From positions 94,112 to 158,111 of the forward strand of contig JBMNJG010000016.1 of NCBI GenBank assembly GCA_050951545.1: a stretch of 64,000 nucleotides of DNA, read 5' to 3'. Numbering within the stretch: the stretch's first letter is position 1; each line of letters begins with the position of its first letter. The DNA is from Limnochordia bacterium. Lineage in GTDB: Bacteria; Bacillota; Limnochordia; DTU080. The position numbers were made by a program, and so were the translations under genes. The notes beneath the pieces were generated by a model. That model did no database searches and was not told the origin of the DNA. It saw nothing but the letters and a program-made list of their open reading frames with translations. Of this stretch, positions 1 to 9,917 are shown piece after piece.

Positions 1-63
1 ATCCGGGCTGAAATAATAGATCTTACCTGCCTTCTTGAAGCGCACTCCAATGACTTCTATCAC
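1..63 (-). CDS. yaaT: PSP1-domain protein YaaT/RicT, N-terminus only (runs off the window edge)
   Basis: Hand translation from GTG at 63 gives VIEVIGVRFKKAGKIYYFSPD, the typical YaaT start. It follows holB as in Bacillus. Confidence 0.85.
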   Translation of the reverse strand, partial: MIEVIGVRFKKAGKIYYFSPD

Positions 64-1036
64 AGGGTATTCCCCTTTGCATCTGCATTAGCATCACATC
101 GAGCACCAGGCGTTTGTTCGCGTTACGCGACAAATGCCTCCTGGCCTCAGCAATGGCCACCAATGCCTGTTGGGCCGCGGCCTGCCACTCAGCGGCTTCC
201 TCGTCGAGCAGCTGCATGGCGTCGATACTCGCCACTGATAGCTCTGAATCAAGGGACCGATGCCACACATCACGAAACCAGGCTGCCATCATGTCCAGCC
301 AACCGTGCAGGTCCTTTTCTGCTTCCAGTTCAGATGCGATAGGCCACACGGCCTTTAGCCTCTCACGACGCAAGGCCGTACACCATGAGGCTACGCGATC
401 GCGCTGAGCTATGACGGTCTCAGGATCTAGCTCTAGCGCCAGCCCTGGCCTGCCCCCGCTCAAAGCAGCCAAGAGAGCAGCCTGCTTAGGGTCCAAACCG
501 CGCTCAGCCTGAAGCCATGAGGCGATCACCGAGGCTGGCACCGGATGCATCCCTACAACCTGACAACGGGAGTGAATAGTAGGCAGGATAGCGGCAGGTT
601 GGTGAACGATAAGCATCATGACGCCGCTGCCTGGAGGTTCCTCCAAAACCTTGAGCATGCTGTTTTGTGCTTGCTCGGTCAGTGCCTCGGCATCATCGAG
701 CACACAGACCTTGTAGCGTCCTTCATAGGGGCGCAGGGCAATCTGCGACTGCATGTCCCGCACCTGCTCAATGCGCAGACTAGAGCCATTAGGCGTCAGC
801 CAGTGGAGGTCCGGGTGATTGCCGCTATCCACTCTACGGCAGCCCCGACAGGCCTGACACGGAGCTTCCGTCGGTGAGTTTTCACAGAGGAGGGCCTGGG
901 CAAACAGGCGCGCCAAGCGGGCCTTGCCGATACCCTTGACCCCCGAAAACATGTAGGCGTGCGCCACCTGCCCTGACGCCACAGCCGAGCGCAGAGAGTT
1001 CACCTCTGCCTTGTGACCAGCGATATCCCAAGGCAC
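23..1036 (-). CDS. holB: DNA polymerase III delta' subunit
   Basis: AHAYMFSG..GIGK, Zn-finger CQACRGC, HPDLHW, MLKVLEEPP and LPTIHSRCQ motifs; tmk-holB-yaaT synteny. Confidence 0.95.
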   Translation of the reverse strand: MPWDIAGHKAEVNSLRSAVASGQVAHAYMFSGVKGIGKARLARLFAQALLCENSPTEAPCQACRGCRRVDSGNHPDLHWLTPNGSSLRIEQVRDMQSQIALRPYEGRYKVCVLDDAEALTEQAQNSMLKVLEEPPGSGVMMLIVHQPAAILPTIHSRCQVVGMHPVPASVIASWLQAERGLDPKQAALLAALSGGRPGLALELDPETVIAQRDRVASWCTALRRERLKAVWPIASELEAEKDLHGWLDMMAAWFRDVWHRSLDSELSVASIDAMQLLDEEAAEWQAAAQQALVAIAEARRHLSRNANKRLVLDVMLMQMQRGIPCDRSHWSALQEGR

Positions 1037-1173
1037 GACCTCGCCCCCTTGAAAATCGTGTTAGGCTGTGCAGGCGTATCGGAGGCTGCTCTGAGTGTTC
1101 GCCGTATGTGACAAAAGCTTGCTACCGGTGACGCCCACGTCATTGCCAGCATAGCAGAAGGCAGAACTGAGTG

Positions 1174-1827
1174 TCAATTAGCGCTCTGTTCCAGCCATGG
1201 CCACCGCTTCAGGCAGTTGGCCCAGATTGTAGCTGCGACGAACTCTCGCGACTCTCCGGCTACGCTCAGCAGCTGAATGCGGGGCGTCTCGCGCGCCAGA
1301 GCGAGATAGCCTTCATACACTCTCTGCTGAAAATCCAGGCCACGCTGCTCAATCTGGTCTAGCTCTCTTCCGCGCGAGTAGCACGCCTGAGGGGGAATAG
1401 CCAGCAAAAAGGTGATATCAGGAAGAAGACCCTGTATAGCCAGCTGGTTTATTTCCCGAACAACCTCGTCCGAGCGACCCGCGGCCCAGCCTTGGTAGGC
1501 AAGACTGGAGTCCACATACCTGTCGCAGACGACAATCGCCCCCCGTTCCAGTGCTGGCTTAATCACATGCTTCACGTGTTGGGCACGATCCGCCGCCAGC
1601 AGGAGCACCTCCGCCTCCCAGGTAAGCGGCTCTTGCACAGCTGAACCAGAGCCAACCTGCACTCCGAGAAGCCAATGACGTACCGCCAGCCCCAGCTGTG
1701 TCCCACCCGGTTCGCGAGTCAGCACGACGTCATGCTTCAGAGCCTGCAATCGCGAGGCCAGTAGCTTGGCTTGCGTGGTTTTCCCCACGCCGTCGGGGCC
1801 CTCAAAGGAGACGAATAGACCTCTCAA
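1174..1827 (-). CDS. tmk: Thymidylate kinase
   Basis: FEGPDGVGKTTQ P-loop, TREPGG and CDRYVDSSLAYQG. TTG start chosen after a GGAGG RBS. Confidence 0.96.
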   Translation of the reverse strand: MRGLFVSFEGPDGVGKTTQAKLLASRLQALKHDVVLTREPGGTQLGLAVRHWLLGVQVGSGSAVQEPLTWEAEVLLLAADRAQHVKHVIKPALERGAIVVCDRYVDSSLAYQGWAAGRSDEVVREINQLAIQGLLPDITFLLAIPPQACYSRGRELDQIEQRGLDFQQRVYEGYLALARETPRIQLLSVAGESREFVAATIWANCLKRWPWLEQSAN

Positions 1828-1857
1828 GATGTCATCCTCCAACCATAGACAAGCGAT

Positions 1858-3294
1858 TCAGGCCACCACAGTCACTGCCCCATCACCAGCATCGCCGCGT
1901 ATGTGGAACCCAGACTCTTTGGCTCGACGTAGGTATTCCACGACCTCTTCGGTGACCACCTCACCCGGTACCAGTACTGGTACACCAGGTGGATACGGAC
2001 ACAAAGTCTGTCCAGCTATGCGTCCTACTGCCGCGCCCCAACTCACGCGTTCACACTTGGCTTGAGCTGCTTGCCGCGGGCTCAGCACCACGGGTGGCAG
2101 ACCCGGATAGGCAAGCGCCTGTCTTCGCGATCGCGGCAACGTCTGACGTAGAGCATCGATCGCCGCCACCAGGCGCCTGCCGTGAGCCATATTGTCGCCC
2201 AATCCTACAAGAGCCACGCAGTAGCGTGTATCGGCCATCTCCACTTGTACTCCGAATTCCAAGCGTAAGGCAGCTGCCAACTCTAGGCCGCCGACGCCCT
2301 CACAGCCTACAATAAGTCGCGTCGGATCCCAGCCGTGAGCAATAGCCTCAAGATCATCGGCAGCCAGACAGCACACCCCTGGAAGAGCTCCCAGGGCCTC
2401 TCGCAGCTCATCAGCCACCCTAATGGCTTGAGTCCACAGGGATTCGCCTTGCGCCTCCATCTGTGCCCGAGCGCTATCGAGAGAAGCTAACAGCAGTGAA
2501 GAAGGGCTGGTTGTCTGCAACACACCCAGGGCCCGTTCCAGAGCCTCAATATCTGCATCGACCGCGGCATGTAGCATCGATGCTTGAGTCAGGGCGCCTA
2601 GCGTCTTGTGAGTGCTCTGAGCAACCACGTGCGCCCCGCAGGCCAGAGCTGGCCGGGGAAAGCGCGGATGAAACGCGTAGTGAGCGCCATGAGCTTCATC
2701 CACTAGCAGCCAAACACCATGAGCCTGTGAAAGGGCTGCGATAGCTTGAAGATCCCCACACAGCCCATAGTAGTTCGGGTAGGTGACCACGACTGCCCGA
2801 GCTTCAGGAGCCCGTTGGAGCGCATCCGCATATTCCTCAGGTCCAACGGGCAACGGCACCTGCGTGACTGGATCAACGCGCATAGGAACATAGCAGGGCA
2901 TGGCCCCTGAGAGAACCAAGCCCCCGGCCACGCAAAGATGAGCCTGCCGAGGGACAACGACCACGTCCCCCTCCCTCAGAGCGGCAACCAACATGGCATG
3001 GACTCCACCACTGGTACCGTTCACTAAGAACCTAGTCCATGCCGCCCCAAACAGTGCAGCTGCCCGCTTTTCCGCCTCGAACAGAAGCTGATCCCAGCTG
3101 TGATTCGATGAGGGGTCATACAACACGTCTGACAGGTCACACTGCAGTGCAGAACCCATGGATGCTTGCAGCCATCTAGAAGCTCCACGTCCCTGCTTGT
3201 GACCCGGTGTATGCCACGACTGCACGTTGTGCCGAGCGTAGGCGACGACAGCGCCTAAGAAGGTTGGATCACCCTCGTATTTCTGATTACCCAT
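1858..3294 (-). CDS. PLP-dependent Arg/Lys/Orn decarboxylase (YaaO-like)
   Basis: HTPGHKQG, NGTSGG, DEAHGAH, QSTHKTL (PLP lysine), TTSPS and PYPPGVP; lies upstream of tmk. Confidence 0.92.
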   Translation of the reverse strand: MGNQKYEGDPTFLGAVVAYARHNVQSWHTPGHKQGRGASRWLQASMGSALQCDLSDVLYDPSSNHSWDQLLFEAEKRAAALFGAAWTRFLVNGTSGGVHAMLVAALREGDVVVVPRQAHLCVAGGLVLSGAMPCYVPMRVDPVTQVPLPVGPEEYADALQRAPEARAVVVTYPNYYGLCGDLQAIAALSQAHGVWLLVDEAHGAHYAFHPRFPRPALACGAHVVAQSTHKTLGALTQASMLHAAVDADIEALERALGVLQTTSPSSLLLASLDSARAQMEAQGESLWTQAIRVADELREALGALPGVCCLAADDLEAIAHGWDPTRLIVGCEGVGGLELAAALRLEFGVQVEMADTRYCVALVGLGDNMAHGRRLVAAIDALRQTLPRSRRQALAYPGLPPVVLSPRQAAQAKCERVSWGAAVGRIAGQTLCPYPPGVPVLVPGEVVTEEVVEYLRRAKESGFHIRGDAGDGAVTVVA

Positions 3295-3309
3295 GCGTTG
3301 ACACCTCTG

Positions 3310-4458
3310 CTATAACGAACAAGGGGGTATCTGCACAGGCATCCTTGACTCGATGGACTCTGCAGCTGCAGCTGCTATGGCGGTGCTGTCCCTTGCGACC
3401 ACGATGGAGTGTAGCGGCTGTCGCCCTGTCTTGACGCAGTCGACAAACTCCTCTATCAAGCCTGTGTCTCCCCCACCATGGCCGCCTCGGCCTGCTTTCG
3501 GTCGGTGCTCTTCAACCTCATTTGTGAAGCGCTTCGCCACACGGATCCAGAAGTTACCTGGGTTATCAAAAAAGGCTGTCATCTTACCTTTGTCTCCGAC
3601 CAGAGTAAACTCCCTCGTGTACTCCGGAGTGAAGTGGCATTCTGTGTAGACAGCCCTCGTGTTGTTATCGTACTCGATGATCACCTGGGAGTTGTCCTCG
3701 ACGTCACAGGCCCGGGAAAAGACGCAGAAATCCTGGACACCCTTCTCCTGGGCGTCGCGCAATACATGTGGGCAGGAGTCAGCCTCGTCACAGGTAGAAC
3801 AGCGCTTATCCTCTGGCGCCTGCCCTCCATACACATTGAGCCCGCCCACGGCATACACTTTGCTCGGCCGTGAGTCCATGAACCAGTTGACAAGATCGAT
3901 TGTATGCACGCCCTTCTGCAGCAACAGGCTGCGCACAAACGACTTCCGGCTGTACATGTTATGGTAGAAGTACTTGTCGCCTACCGACACGTTATCTATC
4001 GCTTGACCCATGACTACATGGCCGATGACTCCCTCATCCAGCAGCTCCCGCATACGAGTAAACAGTGTGCAATGCCTCAACTCTAGCCCCACCATGAAAA
4101 CCCTATCTTTGGCATGGGAGTGCCAGGCCCTAACCAAACCGTCACACTGTTCTACAGTCTGCGCCATGGGCTTCTCTAGCAGAACGTGCTTGCGATGCTT
4201 GAGTGCCTGGAGAGCATTGTCGTAATGGGCATGATCGGACGAGGCCACCACAACTGCGTCGATCCCTTCACTAGCGAGCATCTCATCCAAGGTTGCGAAC
4301 ACGTTGGCCTCGGGATAGCGCTGATGCGCCTCTGCCCGCCGCTCCTCCCCCAGCTCCGCGATGGCTACCAGTCGGGAGCCAGGGTGCTCACCAAACACCC
4401 TGCAGAAAAAGCGCCCTCGTCCACCAAAACCGACCACGCCAACACCGATCCGTTCCAA
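3310..4458 (-). CDS. Gfo/Idh/MocA family oxidoreductase
   Basis: GVVGFGGRG Rossmann motif, EKPMA, H-x-x-D catalytic segment and a GHGGGD C-terminal motif. Confidence 0.9.
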   Translation of the reverse strand: MERIGVGVVGFGGRGRFFCRVFGEHPGSRLVAIAELGEERRAEAHQRYPEANVFATLDEMLASEGIDAVVVASSDHAHYDNALQALKHRKHVLLEKPMAQTVEQCDGLVRAWHSHAKDRVFMVGLELRHCTLFTRMRELLDEGVIGHVVMGQAIDNVSVGDKYFYHNMYSRKSFVRSLLLQKGVHTIDLVNWFMDSRPSKVYAVGGLNVYGGQAPEDKRCSTCDEADSCPHVLRDAQEKGVQDFCVFSRACDVEDNSQVIIEYDNNTRAVYTECHFTPEYTREFTLVGDKGKMTAFFDNPGNFWIRVAKRFTNEVEEHRPKAGRGGHGGGDTGLIEEFVDCVKTGRQPLHSIVVARDSTAIAAAAAESIESRMPVQIPPCSL

Positions 4459-4688
4459 AACTGTCTGCCCCCTCGTTACTACGTGAACTGCGAAGCAGGT
4501 ATGCTGAGCTCAGATGAAGGATTACGCTCGTATACCCAAGTTGCAGTGTGGACTTCACCGAAGTCCCCTGTAGGTCCTGCTGTTTTTCCACCCTACCTTC
4601 GTTGTGGGTGCCGCTGTACCATCGACGACCACCCTCACAGCCTTGGGGACTTCACATGCATTGCCTCGCCTTTCTTTTTTTGCCCAGT

Positions 4689-4726
4689 CGTCACTGTTTC
4701 GTCACATTCGCGTGTTATGGTATCAT
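4689..4726 (+). promoter_or_regulatory. Putative htrA promoter with an OmpR/PhoB-type tandem box
   Basis: CGTCAC at 4689 and 4700 (11-bp period) over the -35 position, then an extended -10 TGgTATCAT at 4718-4726. Confidence 0.5.
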
Positions 4727-4803
4727 ATACAAGGCGGGCAATCACTGCCGCTCGCATATGAGCCACGAAGATCAAGCCTGTTCTCAGGGAATATTAGCAG
4801 GGA

Positions 4804-6012
4804 GTGATGGCTGTGCGTTGGAGTAAAAGCTGGAAAGGCATTGCTGGAGCCATTGGCCTCACCGTCATCGTTCTGAGTTGTCTCTACGCGCTACCAGCCT
4901 CGCGTTCCAGCGTTCCAGGTGCCCTGGCAGCGCCCGGAGCACCTGCCAGCAGTGTCCAACTGCTCGCTGGTCTGGGGCCTTATGCTGTAGCCGATGTGGC
5001 CGAAGCGGTTAGCCCGGCGGTCGTCTACGTTGAAGTGGAATACAAGGCACAGGAGCGAACCCCGGGTCGCCAGTCCTTCGGAGGATCCCCGTTCGGTGAT
5101 CTCTTTGACATGTTCTGGTATGGAGTGCCACAGATTCCACAGCAAGCGATATCGCAGGGAACTGGCTTTGTCATCTCTCAAGATGGGCAGGTGCTCACGA
5201 ACCAGCATCTCATAGACAACAGCAGCAACATCCAAGAGATCAGGGTCTACGTGCACAACCGCAAAGAGCCCTACAAGGCAGAACTGCTCGGATTCGACTA
5301 CCAGCTTGACCTAGCTGTACTCAAGATCAACGCCCGTGAGAAATTCCCAGTTGCGCAACTCGGGGATTCCGACAAGACGCGTGTAGGTGAGTTCGTCGTA
5401 GCCATCGGCAACCCCTACGGCAAGGACTTTGACCACACGGTGACAGTAGGTGTCTTGTCTGCCAAGGGACGCAAGATACAGATCCCAGATACGACCCGTG
5501 GCGAGTTGCGCGAGTACACGAATCTTATGCAGACAGACGCGGCTATTAACCCCGGGAATTCCGGTGGTCCATTGCTGAACCTGCAGGGTGAAGTCATAGG
5601 CATCAATACCGCAGTACGCGCTGACGGCCAAGGCATCGGATTCGCTATCCCTATCAATGTGGCCAAGGAAGTCGTTGAGGATCTAGTCACGAGGGGTAAG
5701 GTACAGCGGCCGTTTATTGGTATCTCCTATGGTCCTATATCGCAGGAGATCGCCGACTATCTCAAACTATCCGGTACCGAGGGCGTGCTGATCAGCGAGG
5801 TCGTCCAGGGATCCGCGGCTAGCAAAGCTGGCCTCCAGCCCTGGGACATCGTACGCAAAATCGAAGATCGCGAGATCAAGACCGTTGATGATGTGCTCAA
5901 GATCACGGAGAATATGAAAATCGGAGACAAACTCCGCTTCATGGTGGACCGAGTGGCCAGTGGTAGAACACGAAGCGTCTCCATCTTGGTCACAGTTGGG
6001 GCTAGAGACTGA
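4804..6012 (+). CDS. htrA: HtrA/DegP-like serine protease with PDZ domain
   Basis: N-terminal TM anchor, GTGFVI, LTNQH, DLAVLK, TDAAINPGNSGGPL and a C-terminal PDZ domain. Confidence 0.95.
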   Translation: MMAVRWSKSWKGIAGAIGLTVIVLSCLYALPASRSSVPGALAAPGAPASSVQLLAGLGPYAVADVAEAVSPAVVYVEVEYKAQERTPGRQSFGGSPFGDLFDMFWYGVPQIPQQAISQGTGFVISQDGQVLTNQHLIDNSSNIQEIRVYVHNRKEPYKAELLGFDYQLDLAVLKINAREKFPVAQLGDSDKTRVGEFVVAIGNPYGKDFDHTVTVGVLSAKGRKIQIPDTTRGELREYTNLMQTDAAINPGNSGGPLLNLQGEVIGINTAVRADGQGIGFAIPINVAKEVVEDLVTRGKVQRPFIGISYGPISQEIADYLKLSGTEGVLISEVVQGSAASKAGLQPWDIVRKIEDREIKTVDDVLKITENMKIGDKLRFMVDRVASGRTRSVSILVTVGARD

Positions 6013-6123
6013 CACATCCTGAACCTAGGCTTCACATACCCCCCCTAGTGGACGGTCACCAGCGTCTTGGCAGGTGGCCGTCGCTTGTTGAGGGGCTACG
6101 TACGAAACAAAGGTGGGTCTCAG

Positions 6124-6834
6124 GTGCAACATGGCCGGATTCTTGTTGTCGAGGACGAACCCAATGTCTCGGAGCTCGTCGCCCTCTATCTCTCCCGTGA
6201 AGGCTATGAAGTACAGGTGGTGGAAGACGGGGAGTCCGCTCTGCAACAGTTCGCTACCTGGCGGCCAGATCTGGTCGTGCTTGACCTTCTTCTGCCGCGT
6301 ATCGACGGGTGGGAAGTTTGTCGACAGATTCGTGGCCGATCGCAGACCCCGATCATCATGTTGACCGCTCGTACAGATGATCTCGACCGGATTCTCGGTC
6401 TTGAGATGGGCGCCGACGACTACGTCTCCAAGCCTTTCAACCCTCGAGAGCTGGTGGCTCGGGTGCGCGCGGTCTTGCGCCGCTCCAGAGCCACGCCGTC
6501 GACTGGCCTGCAAGCGGTGATCAGGCTGCCGGAACTTGAGATTGATCGCGACAGGCACTCTGCCCATGTAGCTGGTGAAGAGGTACGACTCACACCCAAG
6601 GAGTTCGATCTTCTTTGGTTACTGGCGAGCAATCCCGGGCGTGCTTTCAACAGGCAAGAGCTCCTAGAGCATGTGTGGGGCTTTGATTTCTTCGGGGACG
6701 ATCGTACTATTGATGTGCACGTCAAACGCTTGCGACGCAAACTGGAGCCCGAAACGCATCCCTATCGCTATATTCACACGGTGTGGGGTGTCGGCTACAG
6801 GCTAGAGGCGTTGCCTGTAGAGGAAACTCGGTAG
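6124..6834 (+). CDS. OmpR/PhoB-family response regulator
   Basis: Receiver motifs ILVVEDE, DLVVLD and GADDYVSKPF; winged helix RTIDVHVKRLRRKL..TVWGVGY. Confidence 0.95.
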   Translation: MQHGRILVVEDEPNVSELVALYLSREGYEVQVVEDGESALQQFATWRPDLVVLDLLLPRIDGWEVCRQIRGRSQTPIIMLTARTDDLDRILGLEMGADDYVSKPFNPRELVARVRAVLRRSRATPSTGLQAVIRLPELEIDRDRHSAHVAGEEVRLTPKEFDLLWLLASNPGRAFNRQELLEHVWGFDFFGDDRTIDVHVKRLRRKLEPETHPYRYIHTVWGVGYRLEALPVEETR

Positions 6835-6875
6835 GCTGGCCCTTCCGGCGTGGCAGGTATTAGGAGGGTAGAGCT

Positions 6876-8693
6876 ATGCGTTCCCTCTTTGCTCGCCTAT
6901 TTCAGGCTCAACTCGCTGTCGTGTTGATAGCCCTTCTGGCGCTAGGGTTCTCTTTATCCTACATGTACACCCAATACATCTTCTCCTGGAAAGAACGGGA
7001 GCTCACCCGAATAGGAGAGCGCCTTGCTGCCGAATTCGGAACAAGCGCCCTGCCACTTCGCATTAGCCGTGTCCGGGCCCTGCTCGAAGCAGCCCACGTC
7101 TACGGTGATGCCAGTATATGGGTGATTAATACAGATGGGGTCGTGCTTGTTGGCTCACCAGGCGCCCAAACCACCCAAAGTGTGCAGCTCAACGAATCCG
7201 AGGTACGAGCACTATTCTCGGGGCAGATTGTGCGCCAGCGTTCTGCGGGCAAGGAAGCCTCCGAGCCCTCATTCGCTGTGGCCGTCCCCATTAGGGGTCG
7301 TTTTGGAGTAGCTGGCGCGATTATCCTGAGCGCTCCCTTACTCGGTGTCATGCGCATAATCGAGGAGGGGCATCGGCTCATCTTCTGGTCAGGGGTGTTG
7401 GCGGCAGCCCTAGCGGCATGTGTAAGCTTCTTTTTCTCACGTCGCGTGGCTGAACCGCTGCAAGAAATGCGCTCCGTCGCCCTTGACATGGCGCAAGGAG
7501 ATTTTCGGCGTCGCGTCCGCGTCCGCGGCCGTCGTGACGAGATCGATGAGCTATCTATGACCTTTAACGAACTAGCAACGCGACTGGACTCAACAATCCG
7601 CGCCCTGGCCGAAGAGAAAAGCAAGACGGACTCATGTATCGCAGGACTATCCGAGGGAGTCTTGGCCATTGACATTGATCAGCACATCATTCTCATCAAT
7701 GATGCGGCTACGCGCCTTCTGCAACCCTTGGACGTTCACCTCGGTGACTCACTACTGAACCTAGAAGATGAGGAAGAACTGCTCGCAAACGTAAAAAAAG
7801 GCTTTTCGGACGTGTTAGAGAGCGAAGAGCCGCAAGCCTTTTCACTTCACTCCGCCACACGCACCATCATGGTCAATATCAACCCGGTCAAGAGCCCTGA
7901 GGACGACTTACTGGGAGCCGCGGCTCTTCTCCAGGATGTAAGCGAGAGACATCGCCTTGAGAAGATGCGACGGGATTTTGTCGCGGATGTCTCGCATGAG
8001 TTGCGTACGCCACTTACCTCAATATACGGCTTTGCTCAGGCCATTCTTGATGGTGTGGCCAGCACGAAAGAACAGGTGCGTCGCTATCTGGGCGTCATCA
8101 TGGACGAGAGCCTACGCCTGATTCGTCTCACAAACACCCTCACAGACCTCTCCCGAATCGAAGCGCAACACGTCCGGCTCGATCTGGAACCAGTGTCATT
8201 GCCTGAGGCTGCCTCAGACGCCATCGCCTCTTTGGAGCCCCAGTTTGCAGAGAAACACATCACGGTCCAACTTGATCTGGATGAAAACCTACCGCCCGTT
8301 TGCGCTGATGCCGACCGCCTCGAACAGATCCTGCTCAATCTGCTAGACAACGCCGCCCGTCATGCGCCCGAATCGGGCTCAATTCTCGTACGAGGGCGAG
8401 TCTGTAGTGACTCCTGCGTTGAACTGTCCATAGAGGATAACGGCCCAGGTATCCCCGATGAGGAGCTTCCATACATTTGGGAGCGTTTCTACAAAGTGGA
8501 CAAGGCGCGCCGCCAAAACCGCACTGGTGGCACGGGGCTGGGCCTCGTTATCGTCAAGCGGCTCGTAGAGTTGCACGGAGGAGATGTGCGCGCTGAAAAC
8601 ACCCCAAGGGCAGGAGCGAAGTTCACGGTCACGCTTCCCACAGCATCTGATGCGACGTCTGTAGCTGCTATCAAAGACGGTATTTTATACTGA
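6876..8693 (+). CDS. Membrane sensor histidine kinase (HAMP-PAS-HisKA-HATPase; ResE/PhoR-like)
   Basis: Two TM segments, HAMP (DEIDELSMTFN), H-box VSHELRTPLT, N-box NLLDNA and G-boxes DNGPGI / GGTGLGL. Confidence 0.95.
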   Translation: MRSLFARLFQAQLAVVLIALLALGFSLSYMYTQYIFSWKERELTRIGERLAAEFGTSALPLRISRVRALLEAAHVYGDASIWVINTDGVVLVGSPGAQTTQSVQLNESEVRALFSGQIVRQRSAGKEASEPSFAVAVPIRGRFGVAGAIILSAPLLGVMRIIEEGHRLIFWSGVLAAALAACVSFFFSRRVAEPLQEMRSVALDMAQGDFRRRVRVRGRRDEIDELSMTFNELATRLDSTIRALAEEKSKTDSCIAGLSEGVLAIDIDQHIILINDAATRLLQPLDVHLGDSLLNLEDEEELLANVKKGFSDVLESEEPQAFSLHSATRTIMVNINPVKSPEDDLLGAAALLQDVSERHRLEKMRRDFVADVSHELRTPLTSIYGFAQAILDGVASTKEQVRRYLGVIMDESLRLIRLTNTLTDLSRIEAQHVRLDLEPVSLPEAASDAIASLEPQFAEKHITVQLDLDENLPPVCADADRLEQILLNLLDNAARHAPESGSILVRGRVCSDSCVELSIEDNGPGIPDEELPYIWERFYKVDKARRQNRTGGTGLGLVIVKRLVELHGGDVRAENTPRAGAKFTVTLPTASDATSVAAIKDGILY

Positions 8694-8841
8694 AGAGTCG
8701 CACCATCCCCACTACGACACTGGGCAGCGTCAGCACGTAAGCAGAAAGAGATATGACTAGACTGGGGGGAAGCGAGCCTATCACCTGCATAAACAGAAGA
8801 GCCAACCCCAGCCCCAGCATAGCAAGAGACCCAACAACCAA

Positions 8842-9861
8842 CTAGGAGGCCTCCTTATCCTCAACCGGAAGCATCTGCGCATCTCGATGCCGCCAGCATC
8901 GAACTCTGTGGAACTCACTCAAAGTAAACTCGGGAGGCTCCTCGGTATCACACAAACCCTTAATCGCCTGTGCGCAGCGCGGGAAAAACCGACAACCGGG
9001 AGGCGGCTGAAGCAAACTTGGGGGTTCTCCCGAAGGAACCACTCGCATCTGCTTTGCGTTATCAGCATCTGGATCGGCGATCGCTTCAAGCAAAGCTTGT
9101 GTGTAGGGATGGCTCGGACGGTCCAAGAGATCACTAGTCGTTGCTTGTTCTACTACCTTAGCACCGTACATGACGAAAATGCGCTCAGAGAAGTAACGCA
9201 CCGTAGACAGATCGTGGGTGACGTAAATCGTGGCCAGATTCAGCTCTTCTTGCATGCGCTGCAAAAGTTGAAGGATTTCCACCCTCACTGACGCGTCCAG
9301 CATCGACACTGGTTCATCAGCCACTAGCAGCTTTGGGCCAAGGATCTTGGCTCGGGCCAGCACAAGTCGCTGTTGCTGACCGCCGCTAAGCGTGTGAGGG
9401 AACTTCTGGAGAAAATCCTCCACGGGAGTCAGTTTCATTTCTGTTAGAGCCTGCCGGATGCGCCATTCGCGCTCCCGTCTGCTGGGGATGCCGTTGATGC
9501 GCAGCGGTTCATCAAGTATCTGCTGTACTGACATGAAAGGAGGCACAGCAGCGTAGGGATCCTGTTGTACATAACCGACCTGAGCACGATACCACTTGAT
9601 GTAACGCGGCTCGATCCCACTGACTAGGCGATTTTCAAACACCACCTCGCCCTTCGTAGGCGTTTCAAGCCCCAGAATGGTCTTGACCAGGGTGCTCTTG
9701 CCACAGCCGCTTTCCCCGACGATGGCGAGACATTCTCCCCGCCTCAGATCAAAATTAACCCCATCCAAAGCCCTGACGTACCCCACGCGGATAAAACCCC
9801 AGCGTCTCATCTCAAACCAGGTATGCAGGTTACGCACCGAAAGAAGAACCTCGTTCCGCAT
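8842..9861 (-). CDS. Oligopeptide/dipeptide ABC transporter ATP-binding protein (OppF-like)
   Basis: GESGCGKST, LSGGQQQR, ADEPVSMLD and a C-terminal PPPGCRFFPRC motif. Confidence 0.93.
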   Translation of the reverse strand: MRNEVLLSVRNLHTWFEMRRWGFIRVGYVRALDGVNFDLRRGECLAIVGESGCGKSTLVKTILGLETPTKGEVVFENRLVSGIEPRYIKWYRAQVGYVQQDPYAAVPPFMSVQQILDEPLRINGIPSRREREWRIRQALTEMKLTPVEDFLQKFPHTLSGGQQQRLVLARAKILGPKLLVADEPVSMLDASVRVEILQLLQRMQEELNLATIYVTHDLSTVRYFSERIFVMYGAKVVEQATTSDLLDRPSHPYTQALLEAIADPDADNAKQMRVVPSGEPPSLLQPPPGCRFFPRCAQAIKGLCDTEEPPEFTLSEFHRVRCWRHRDAQMLPVEDKEAS

Positions 9862-9917
9862 TCTCTCCCCCGCCCGCTGATCGTGCTGAATTATTTGGCA
9901 ATTATGAGGACACAGGT

